In this document: positions 54,804 to 62,884 of the stretch, one piece after another
How the letters are laid out: each line of letters starts with the position of its first letter
How positions within the stretch are numbered: position 1 is the first letter of the stretch
Assembly: GCA_035449045.1 (NCBI GenBank)
Contig: DAOTKC010000002.1
Coordinates: 30,192 to 94,191 of the forward strand
DNA length: 64,000 nucleotides
Source: Eubacteriales bacterium
GTDB lineage: Bacteria > Bacillota > Clostridia > Christensenellales > CAG-917
Reading direction: 5' to 3'
Position numbers and translations under genes: made by a program
The notes under the pieces: generated by a model
Seen by the model: only the letters and a program-made list of their open reading frames with translations
What the model was told of the DNA's origin: nothing
Database searches by the model: none

Positions 54804-55982
54804 ATGGATTTTGAAACAGTGAAAGAAAACGCCGAAAACTTCGAGGCGGCGGTCTATAACCGCTTCGAGCTCGGCATAAAGTGCGGCAAAGGCGCAACGC
54901 TTCTTGACTTTTCGGGCAAGGAATACATCGACTTTTCGAGCGGTATAGGCGTCAACATCTTTGGCATAGCCGACGAGGGCTGGATTGCGGCGGTCACCGC
55001 ACAGCTCAAGCTCATTCAGCACACCTGCAACCTCTACTATAACGAGCCCGCCTCCGCTCTCGTCAAACTGCTCTGCGAAAAAAGCGGATTTAAGCGCGCC
55101 TTTTTGTGCAATTCGGGCGCCGAAGCCAACGAATGCGCCATCAAGGTGGCGAGGAAATACTGGCACGACCGCCACGGCGAGGGCAAAGCCGAAATAATAA
55201 CGCTAAAGGATTCTTTCCACGGCAGGACGGTGACGACGCTGTCGGCGACAGGCCAAGGCGGTATGCACAAGCATTTTATGCCGTTTACCGAGGGCTTTTT
55301 ATACGCGGCGCCAAACGATATAGACGATTTGAAATCCAAAATTTCCGCCGCCACCGCCGCCGTTATGATTGAGGCCGTTCAGGGCGAGGGCGGCGTTAAC
55401 GCGCTCGATAAAAATTACGTTCAAAAGATTGCCGAGCTCTGCGGCGAGCGCGACATACTTCTGATTTGCGACGAGATTCAATGCGGCAACGGGCGGACGG
55501 GCAGGCTTTTCGGCTATATGAACTTCGAAGTCAAACCCGACATCGTGACGACCGCCAAGGGCTTGGGCGGCGGCCTTCCCATCGGCGCGGCGCTGTTCAA
55601 CGAAAAGACCGAGAAAGTGCTCGGCAAGGGCGACCACGGCTCCACCTTCGGCGGCAACCCAATAGCGGCGGCAGGCGCAGTTGAAATTTTGTCGAGGCTT
55701 AACGACGAACTGCTTTCGGAAGTAATAAAAAAATCAGACTATATGGTTTCAAAGTTAAAAAAACTGGACGAGATAGCCTCCGTCCACGGCATGGGGCTTA
55801 TGCTGGGCGCCTCGCTGAAGACGAAAAAAGCGCGCGACGTCGCCGCCGAATGCATTACGGAAGGGCTGGTCGTTCTGACCGCCAAGGAGAAGCTGAGGTT
55901 CCTTCCGCCGCTGAATATCAGTTATGAGGAAATAGACCTCGGGCTGGAAATATTAAGCAAGGTTTTATCCAAACAGCAGTAA
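54804..55982 (+). CDS. argD: Acetylornithine aminotransferase (class III PLP)
   Basis: Motifs NSGAEANE, DEIQCGNGRTG, TTAKGLGGG (PLP lysine) and TFGGNP. Confidence 0.9.
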   Translation: MDFETVKENAENFEAAVYNRFELGIKCGKGATLLDFSGKEYIDFSSGIGVNIFGIADEGWIAAVTAQLKLIQHTCNLYYNEPASALVKLLCEKSGFKRAFLCNSGAEANECAIKVARKYWHDRHGEGKAEIITLKDSFHGRTVTTLSATGQGGMHKHFMPFTEGFLYAAPNDIDDLKSKISAATAAVMIEAVQGEGGVNALDKNYVQKIAELCGERDILLICDEIQCGNGRTGRLFGYMNFEVKPDIVTTAKGLGGGLPIGAALFNEKTEKVLGKGDHGSTFGGNPIAAAGAVEILSRLNDELLSEVIKKSDYMVSKLKKLDEIASVHGMGLMLGASLKTKKARDVAAECITEGLVVLTAKEKLRFLPPLNISYEEIDLGLEILSKVLSKQQ

Positions 55983-56102
55983 TTTTATTAAACAAAGAAC
56001 AATTAAATAACAGTTAAATAATAGGGCTTAATTGCTGAACAGGCAATTAAACTATAAAAAATAACAACATAAAGGCCGTTTTCGGCTATAAAGGTGGATT
56101 AT

Positions 56103-57008
56103 ATGAAGCATTTACTCAGCATGGCGGAGCTTTCGGAAGGGGATATTTTCGGCATATTGAATCTTGCCGACCAGTTGAAATACGAGAAAAAGCACGGCAT
56201 AGTCAAAAAGCCGCTCTCGGGCAAGACGCTGGGCATGATATTTGAAAAGGCGTCGACGAGGACGCGCGTTTCCTTTGAAGTCGCCATGCACGAGCTGGGC
56301 GGCTACGCGCTCTACTTAAATGCCAACGACCTTCAAATCGGGCGCGGCGAGCCCATTGAGGACACCGCGCGCGTGCTGTCACGATACCTTGACTGCATTA
56401 TGATTCGCACCTACAAGCAAAAGACGGTGGAGGACCTTGCGCGGTTCGGAAGCATTCCCGTTATCAACGGGCTTTCCGACCTCGAGCACCCTTGCCAGAT
56501 TCTTGCCGACCTCATGACAATCCGCGAATATAAGGGAAGCTTTAAAGGGCTCAAGCTCGCCTACATAGGCGACGGCAACAACGTCGCCAACTCCCTTATT
56601 ATCGGCGGCCTAAAGATGGGAATGTCGGTGGCGATAGCCTGCCCCGACGCCTACCGCCCCGCGCCCGCCGTTTTGGATTTCGCGGCAGCGCATGAGGGCT
56701 TTTTAATGACCCCGGACATAGCCGCTGCGGCGGCGGACGCCGACGTCCTTTACACCGACGTTTGGGCGTCGATGGGCATGGAGAGCGAAAAGAGCAAGCG
56801 CGAAAAGGATTTTTCGGGCTATCAAATCAACGACGAGGTTTTAAAGCTCGCCAAGCACGACGCCATAGTGCTGCACTGTCTGCCGGCGCACCGCGGCGAG
56901 GAGATAACGGCCGAGGCCTTTGAGGCTCACGCCGCCGAAATTTTCGACGAGGCCGAAAACCGCCTGCACGCCCAGAAGGCCGTCCTCGTCAAGCTGTTAA
57001 AACATTAA
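56103..57008 (+). CDS. argF: Ornithine carbamoyltransferase
   Basis: Motifs FEKASTRTRVSFE, HPCQILAD, DVWASMG and HCLPAHRGEE. I chose ATG 56103 (RBS AAGGTGGA). Confidence 0.9.
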   Translation: MKHLLSMAELSEGDIFGILNLADQLKYEKKHGIVKKPLSGKTLGMIFEKASTRTRVSFEVAMHELGGYALYLNANDLQIGRGEPIEDTARVLSRYLDCIMIRTYKQKTVEDLARFGSIPVINGLSDLEHPCQILADLMTIREYKGSFKGLKLAYIGDGNNVANSLIIGGLKMGMSVAIACPDAYRPAPAVLDFAAAHEGFLMTPDIAAAAADADVLYTDVWASMGMESEKSKREKDFSGYQINDEVLKLAKHDAIVLHCLPAHRGEEITAEAFEAHAAEIFDEAENRLHAQKAVLVKLLKH

Positions 57009-57093
57009 GCCGCGAGCAAACCTCAAAATAATGCGGTTCAGCTAAATTCAAGTTTTTCAGCTCAAAACAGCCAAAAAAGCCGCGGCGATTATC

Positions 57094-57122
57094 TTGACAT
57101 CAAGCAACCGCCGTGTTATAGT
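57094..57122 (+). promoter_or_regulatory. Sigma-A-type promoter (extended -10) upstream of the TPP riboswitch
   Basis: TTGACA (57094-57099), 17-nt spacer, TGtTATAGT (57114-57122). Confidence 0.75.
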
Positions 57123-57137
57123 CAAATAAACTAAATA

Positions 57138-57216
57138 GAGCAAAAGGGGTGCAGGCCATCCGGCCGGCTGAGATTATACCCGTTGAACTTGTAAGTTAGC
57201 ACTTGCGCAAGGATTT
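57138..57216 (+). promoter_or_regulatory. TPP (THI-box) riboswitch aptamer
   Basis: GGGGTGC...GGCTGAGATTATACCCGTTGAACTTG...GCACTTGCGCAAGGA matches the conserved THI element core (GGGGUGC, CUGAGA, ACCC, GAAC.UG, GCG.AGGGA-like 3' end). Confidence 0.85.
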
Positions 57217-57220
57217 GTTT

Positions 57221-57254
57221 CCACCTTCTTTTGCTTATAAAGGAAGGTTTTTTT
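57221..57254 (+). terminator. Riboswitch expression platform: terminator hairpin that also sequesters the SD
   Basis: ACCTTCTTT (57223-57231) pairs with AAAGGAAGGT (57239-57248, one bulged G) and is followed by T7 running up to the ATG. The 3' arm contains the RBS AAGGAAGG. Confidence 0.7.
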
Positions 57255-58358
57255 ATGTATGTCAACCTTATTTCCGCCGCGCTTCAAAGCTATTTCGACC
57301 CACACGAGCTTTCGGGACAGCTTTTGATTTCGGCAATCGCGATAGCCGCCGCGTTCATAATAACGCTCACGCTCATTTATTTGTTGAAGCGCAAGTGGTT
57401 TGTCAAAGTCCTTGCGGCCGCGCTCGCCTGTTTTTTGGTTTTTTCCGTCGTAGTCATTGCGCTTTCGCTCTCACAGGACTTAAAGGAAAACGCCGAGGAC
57501 TTTCAAAAATATCAGACGGTGTTTGCCATCGGCACTTTCTCGGCGCTTGCCGCGGGATTTGCCTTAGTGGTTATTTTAAAGCGTGCGGCAGGGAAATATT
57601 ATAAGCCCGTCGCCATTTCGGCGGCCGTCGTAATGGCAGCGCTGACGATAGCGTTTTTCGTGATAAGCTTTATCAACAACGCGAGCCCGCTTGCCGAGAG
57701 CTACGCCCTAACCCAAAAATCCCAGCTCTACCTTGCGATAACGCTGTTTACCGCCGTGCTGTTCGGCATACTTATTGTGTCGCTGACAAACACTAAAACG
57801 ACGACCTTTGAAATCGTCTTTGCCGCGGTGTCCATTGCCATGTCCTTCGCGCTTTCTTACATCAGGATTTTCAAGCTTCCGCAGGGCGGCTCGGTTACCT
57901 TCGCGAGCTTGGTGCCCATCGTCATATACAGTTATAAGTTCGGCATAAGAAAGGGCGTGCTTTGCTGCTTTATCTACGGACTTCTGCAATCCTTTCAGGA
58001 CCCGTGGATTGTCCATCCCCTCCAATATTTCCTCGACTATCCGCTCGCCTTCGGCGCCATCGGGCTTTCCGGCTTTCTGCGCGGCAAAATGAAGGATAGC
58101 GCGGCGGCGGGCTTGGGCTTCTTCTCGGCGCTTATCGTCCGCTATCTCTGCCACGCGGCGTCGGGCGCGTTGTTTTTTGGGACTTACGGCGCGGAATTCG
58201 GCGTCGGCGCGGTTGCTTGGGGATTTTTATATAACGCATTCGTTTTTGCCGACGGCGCCATAGCGCTCGTTGCCATCATTCTCCTCATGAACAATCGCGA
58301 GGTGCTCCGGTTCATCTCCCGCGGCGAGGAAAAGCCTCAGGAAACCGCAATCGAATGA
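57255..58358 (+). CDS. thiT: Thiamine ECF-transporter S component (ThiT) domain with a ~170-aa N-terminal multi-TM extension
   Basis: The C-terminal ~190 aa (FEIVFAAVSIAMSFALSYI...GGSVTFASLVPIVIYSYKFGIRKG...LQYFLDYPLAFGAIGLSG...) is ThiT-like. It is preceded in the same ORF by 4-5 additional predicted TM helices. The TPP riboswitch lies directly upstream. Confidence 0.7.
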   Translation: MYVNLISAALQSYFDPHELSGQLLISAIAIAAAFIITLTLIYLLKRKWFVKVLAAALACFLVFSVVVIALSLSQDLKENAEDFQKYQTVFAIGTFSALAAGFALVVILKRAAGKYYKPVAISAAVVMAALTIAFFVISFINNASPLAESYALTQKSQLYLAITLFTAVLFGILIVSLTNTKTTTFEIVFAAVSIAMSFALSYIRIFKLPQGGSVTFASLVPIVIYSYKFGIRKGVLCCFIYGLLQSFQDPWIVHPLQYFLDYPLAFGAIGLSGFLRGKMKDSAAAGLGFFSALIVRYLCHAASGALFFGTYGAEFGVGAVAWGFLYNAFVFADGAIALVAIILLMNNREVLRFISRGEEKPQETAIE

Positions 58359-58379
58359 GGCTCTTAATACAAAAACAAT

Positions 58380-58414
58380 AAAAAATAACGCGTCTTTGGG
58401 CGCGTTATTTTTTA
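58380..58414. terminator. Bidirectional intrinsic terminator
   Basis: AAAAATAACGCG...CGCGTTATTTTTT between convergent thiT and araC-family genes. Confidence 0.75.
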
Positions 58415-58514
58415 GCTTTTTTGCTTTTTTAAATTTTGCTATTTGCGTAAACTCTTTTCTTTTTGTTTACCTTGCTTTATGTTTAGTTTTATGTTTGGTT
58501 TTGCTTTGGGATTT

Positions 58515-59426
58515 TTACGCTTCGTTCAGCGGTTTAACCGGCCTGCCTTCGATATAACCGCGGTAGCCGAGCGGCGAAAGCTGAAAGCGCGGCGCGGCTT
58601 CGTCGTCCCACTTATAGCCGTAGAGCTCGGGATTGTAGTTGTTTATGATGTCCCAAAGGTCGAAAATGGCTTCTTCAAATTTTTCGTCCTCGAAAGGCGG
58701 GCCTTGGAAAACCATCATTTTGCAGGGCGGCAGCGTGACGATTTCGAAGCCTTCGGGGATTTTGCCTAAGAAGTCTTCGGCGACCTCGACGCCCTGAACG
58801 TAAGTGGATGTGCCCTCCTTAACCAAGCTTTTGGGTAGCCACAGCCCCATAGGCTCGCCGAGCGCACCCGAAATTTTGGAAAGCTCGCTGTCTATTTCGC
58901 AGCCTGCCTCTTCGCAGTATTCGAAGTAGTGCGTCGCCTTTTTGCCGCGCTTTAAAATAAGTTTGCGCGCGGGGCGATCTAATATCTGCACGAATACGGC
59001 GTTTAAATTGGTTTTTCGTTTTGACATGGATTTCTCTCCTTTTAATGCCGATAGGTAAAGATTGAAGACGCTTTTCGGTATAAACCGCTTGATGTTCCCG
59101 GGATTTTTTCGGTGGGCGGCCGGTGTTTTTTGAAATTCCTTAAAAAACGCGCGCGTAAACCCCTCGTGCGAGTCGAACACAAAGTCGAATGCCACGTCCA
59201 CTATCTTGGCGCCGCCGACGATATCCTCCGCAGCCTTAGCCAGCCTGAGCGCTCTTATGTATTGAAAAGGCGGCTTGCCGGTGTATTCGGCGAATAATTT
59301 GGCGGCATAGTAGGGCGAATAACCCGAGGCTTTGGCGAGGCCCGAAAGAGTGATCGGTTCCTTCAGATGCTCCTCGATGAAAAGTTGCATTTTCCTCACC
59401 GCCAGCCGTTTATCGATGCTGTCCAT
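58515..59426 (-). CDS. AraC-family transcriptional regulator with C-terminal GyrI-like effector-binding domain
   Basis: N-terminal double HTH (LSGLAKASGYSPYYAAKLFAEYTGKPPFQYIRALRLAKA). RBS GGAGGT. Confidence 0.8.
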   Translation of the reverse strand: MDSIDKRLAVRKMQLFIEEHLKEPITLSGLAKASGYSPYYAAKLFAEYTGKPPFQYIRALRLAKAAEDIVGGAKIVDVAFDFVFDSHEGFTRAFFKEFQKTPAAHRKNPGNIKRFIPKSVFNLYLSALKGEKSMSKRKTNLNAVFVQILDRPARKLILKRGKKATHYFEYCEEAGCEIDSELSKISGALGEPMGLWLPKSLVKEGTSTYVQGVEVAEDFLGKIPEGFEIVTLPPCKMMVFQGPPFEDEKFEEAIFDLWDIINNYNPELYGYKWDDEAAPRFQLSPLGYRGYIEGRPVKPLNEA

Positions 59427-59560
59427 CTTACCTCCGAGCGTATTATATTAAAAAACTCACCAAACTTCTTGACTTTCCTTGCCAACTTTAGGCGCTACGG
59501 ATATCTTTGAAGCCTCCTACTATTTGATTTTACCATACCGCGGGTTTTATCTCAAACATA

Positions 59561-59594
59561 AAAAAATCCCCGTCAAAGTAGCGGGGACTTTTTT
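59561..59594 (-). terminator. Intrinsic terminator after the M28 peptidase gene
   Basis: TCCCCG...CGGGGA hairpin, with T7 on the minus strand. Confidence 0.75.
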
Positions 59595-59632
59595 ATCTAA
59601 TCTGAATTTGTTGGATTTATTACCGCAAGCGC

Positions 59633-60865
59633 TTATCTCACGCCGTTTTCCAAGTCCTCCAGCACCTGCACGCTGACAGCGAAGCAGTCGGCGAGGCCCT
59701 TTTCGTCGAGGTTGTCGTAGGTGTCGCGGCGGGTGTGGTAGTAGTCCTGCAGGTTGTGGTCCATTCCCGTGATGCCGGCCGCTTTGAAGCCGCCCTGATT
59801 GAAGGCGGCGGAGTCGGTGGCGCCGAGGGGAACGGAGATGAGGTCGCATTTGATGCCGAGCTTGTCGGCGGCGTCCTTGAAGAGCTTGGACGCCTGCGGG
59901 TCGGCGGGAACGATGTTGTTCAAATCCTTAACGTTGACGCCCAAAAACTTGCCGTCGTGGATGGTGTCGTAGGCATAGATGACGGTATCGACATCCTGAT
60001 ATTCGCCCTTATGCGCCTCGCACCACGCCTTGGCGCCGCGAAGTCCGGCTTCCTCCGAGCCCGTAATCAAAACGCCCACTTCGGTATTTTCAAGCTCGAC
60101 GCCCTGTTCTTTTAAGGCCTTCATTATCGCGATGCCCATATAGCAGCCCGACAGATTGTCGTTGGCGCCGTCGACGATGCGCTTCTCGTTCCAGAGAAAA
60201 TACATACCCACCCAGAAGGGCACGAAAGCGAGAATGCCGTAGCCGAGTTTGGCGACGATTCCGCTCGGGTCGACTTGAGCGTTAAAGCCCACGCCTCCGT
60301 TTATAATGAGGGCGGCTATGACAACGCCCACAAAGTAGACAACGCCGACAATGGCGAGAAGGAAGTGGGCGATAAAGCCCGCTCCGCCTAAGTGGTAGTT
60401 AAAAGTCCATTCGCAGGCGGCGTCGGGATGGCCGTTGTAGAAAATCCTGCTTTTGACTTCGCCCTTGCACTTCTTGATAGCGGTGATATTGTAGGAAGTC
60501 TTTTTCTTAAAGAGCTTGTCAATCATACGCCTGTAAAGCACGAACTCGCAGATCATGAAGGTGGCGCCCGCGAAAATCAAGACGAGGGAGACTATCGGCA
60601 TAAAAAAGTATAACGCCGCCGCCAAAAGCATCAGCGAGATGGTGATGTAAATCCAGCCCATGAAGGCGGCGGGATGGACGTCGAAAGGCTCGACTTTCAC
60701 TTCGTCGCAATACTGTTTAAGCTGGCCTTCCATGTAGTCGACGGCCTGCTTTTCGCCCTTGCTGCCCGGCGCGCGCTTCTCAAAAGTCTTGATGACGTGG
60801 GTGATTTCGTCAACCATAAACTTGGCGCTTTCGGCTTTTGCGTTTTTGATGCTGTCAAGATTCAT
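59633..60865 (-). CDS. M28-family metallopeptidase with internal TM segments
   Basis: Motifs DNLSGCYMGIAIMKAL, TGSEEAGLRGAK and HTRRD, plus several hydrophobic helices in the middle. Confidence 0.75.
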   Translation of the reverse strand: MNLDSIKNAKAESAKFMVDEITHVIKTFEKRAPGSKGEKQAVDYMEGQLKQYCDEVKVEPFDVHPAAFMGWIYITISLMLLAAALYFFMPIVSLVLIFAGATFMICEFVLYRRMIDKLFKKKTSYNITAIKKCKGEVKSRIFYNGHPDAACEWTFNYHLGGAGFIAHFLLAIVGVVYFVGVVIAALIINGGVGFNAQVDPSGIVAKLGYGILAFVPFWVGMYFLWNEKRIVDGANDNLSGCYMGIAIMKALKEQGVELENTEVGVLITGSEEAGLRGAKAWCEAHKGEYQDVDTVIYAYDTIHDGKFLGVNVKDLNNIVPADPQASKLFKDAADKLGIKCDLISVPLGATDSAAFNQGGFKAAGITGMDHNLQDYYHTRRDTYDNLDEKGLADCFAVSVQVLEDLENGVR

Positions 60866-61164
60866 AATTTTCTCCTTAAAATAAATTTTTATCCAAAAAA
60901 AAGTATATCACAGGCACTCCGCTTTTTCAACCTGAAGCGTAAAATATTTAACGCTAATTTGTGACACAAAATTTAAAATTTGTAAAGCCTCGATACCCTT
61001 CTATGCTCTGGCAAGTCGAACGCAAGCAGTTTAACTCTTTCAAAGTCGGTGAAATCTTTAAATTATCATTTGTCATAAAAAAATTAACTTATCTTCCCAC
61101 ATAAATTAATATGGTATTGGTTGCTAATCGGTTTTATACGAGTAAAAAACTTAGGGAGTGGATT

Positions 61165-62703
61165 ATGCGACGAAAACTTTTTGTCATCTGCATTTTAGTG
61201 TTCATTGTCGCTATGCTTGCGGCCTGCAATAAAGGCGACATCATCGAAGGCGAAACCTTCAAACTCACGCTTGACGCCAACGGCGGCGCCTTTTCCGAGG
61301 GACAGGAAAGCTATGTCATCAATTCCGACGGTAAATCGGCGGTAACGCTTCCCGGGAATCCCGCCAAAACGGGCTACACCTTCAACGGCTGGTATCTCGA
61401 GGCAGAATGCACTACCGCGGCCGCCGACATAATAGGAAAGCCAATCTCAAACGATATTACCCTTTATGCGGGTTGGACGGCCAATAAATACACCTTCACT
61501 TTCGTGAGCAACGGCGGAAATAATATTGCGCCGGTTACCGCCGATTACGGCACGGAAATTGCACCGCCCGAGCCTCACAAAGAAGGTTACAGCTTCGCGG
61601 GCTGGTATACCGACAACGGAACCTTTGACGAGGCTTATAACTCGTGGACTGTGCCCGCGGCTAATTTAACGCTCTATGCCGATTGGACGATAAACAGTTA
61701 TACCATAGATTTCGAGAGCAACGGCGGCGGCAATGTCGCTTCGATCACTCAGGATTATAACACCGCGGTGGCCGCGCCCGCCGCTCCGACACGGCAAGGC
61801 CATAAGTTTTTAGGCTGGTATACTGACGATTCTTTTTCTGAAGAGTATGCTTTTTCGACTATGCCGGCCGAAAATATCACACTTTACGCCAAGTGGCTTG
61901 ACCTTGACGACGTTTATAAACGGGTAAACGCAGCGGGCGAGCCGGACGCAAACGGCGACTTTATTCTTTTCGGCGAATATCCGCAGACTGTTAAGGCCGC
62001 CGGCGTCACGGTGGGAACGGAAGCCGACGAACGCGGGTATTTCCTCGGCAGCGACGGTTACTACTACGCCCAAGTGACGGCGACGCCCGATCCTTCCGGC
62101 GGCTACACTTTCTCGACGGGCGCGGCGGTGGAAGAAGGCACGGCATACTATTTTAAGGTTGAGCCGATAAAATGGCGTATCCTTTCCCAAAGCAACGGCT
62201 CGGCTTTGATTCTTTGCGAAAGTATAATCGCAAATATGCGTTTTGACGAAAACTCCAACAACTATGAAGAAAGCGAAGTTCGGGCGTGGCTTATCGGCGA
62301 GTTCTATAACACCGCTTTCAACCAGTTAGAGCGGCAGTTTATTCTTTTGACCGAGGTCGATAACAGCGTCGAAAGCACAGGCTATGACGAAAATCCCTAC
62401 GCCTGCGAAAATACCCTTGATAAAGTCTTCTTACTAAGCTATCTTGACACCATAAATTCCGAATACGGTTTTTGCAACTTCGAGTCGAGGGAAAGGATAA
62501 CCAGCGACTACAGCAGGGCAACGGGCGCCCAAATGGTTACCGAAAGCTCCTATTTCGGAAACGGTTGGTGGTGGCTGCGTTCGCCTAATAACGGTGCCGA
62601 CGACCGAGCGTGGCATATAAACCTCGACGGTGACATCTGCGAGGGCAACGTTTCACTAAACGGCCTTGGCACCGTCCCCGCGTTGTGGATACAGCTTAAT
62701 TAA
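61165..62703 (+). CDS. Lipoprotein with Listeria-Bacteroides (Flg_new) repeats and a C-terminal DUF6273-like domain
   Basis: LAAC lipobox. Four G(Y/H)(T/S/K)F.GWY...LYA.W repeats. C-terminal ILFGEYPQ...EPIKWRIL...WWLRSP pattern. I chose ATG 61165 (RBS AGGGAG). Confidence 0.75.
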   Translation: MRRKLFVICILVFIVAMLAACNKGDIIEGETFKLTLDANGGAFSEGQESYVINSDGKSAVTLPGNPAKTGYTFNGWYLEAECTTAAADIIGKPISNDITLYAGWTANKYTFTFVSNGGNNIAPVTADYGTEIAPPEPHKEGYSFAGWYTDNGTFDEAYNSWTVPAANLTLYADWTINSYTIDFESNGGGNVASITQDYNTAVAAPAAPTRQGHKFLGWYTDDSFSEEYAFSTMPAENITLYAKWLDLDDVYKRVNAAGEPDANGDFILFGEYPQTVKAAGVTVGTEADERGYFLGSDGYYYAQVTATPDPSGGYTFSTGAAVEEGTAYYFKVEPIKWRILSQSNGSALILCESIIANMRFDENSNNYEESEVRAWLIGEFYNTAFNQLERQFILLTEVDNSVESTGYDENPYACENTLDKVFLLSYLDTINSEYGFCNFESRERITSDYSRATGAQMVTESSYFGNGWWWLRSPNNGADDRAWHINLDGDICEGNVSLNGLGTVPALWIQLN

Positions 62704-62728
62704 TTTTGCCCGCAAAATTAATTAAATT

Positions 62729-62760
62729 AAAAAATCCGAGAAGCGATTCTCGGATTTTTA
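62729..62760. terminator. Bidirectional intrinsic terminator
   Basis: AAAAAATCCGAGAA-GCGA-TTCTCGGATTTTT. Confidence 0.85.
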
Positions 62761-62764
62761 AATT

Positions 62765-62875
62765 CTCGCGATGCTCGCAGTGAAATTTAGGTTTAGCCCA
62801 AGTGAAATCGCTCGTTCCACTCGCGGTGAAATCTTGCCTTCGCAAGTGAAGTCGCGGCCTCAGGCCGCAATTGTG
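62765..62875. repeat. Four ~20-24 bp tandem units with core CGC(R)(R)GTGAA(A/G)T, plus two short GC hairpins
   Basis: (A/G)GTGAA(A/G)T occurs at 62779, 62801, 62825 and 62845. Hairpins are CTTGC-CTTC-GCAAG (62833-62846) and GCGGCC-TCA-GGCCGC (62854-62868). Confidence 0.7.
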
Positions 62876-62884
62876 GATTTAAAA

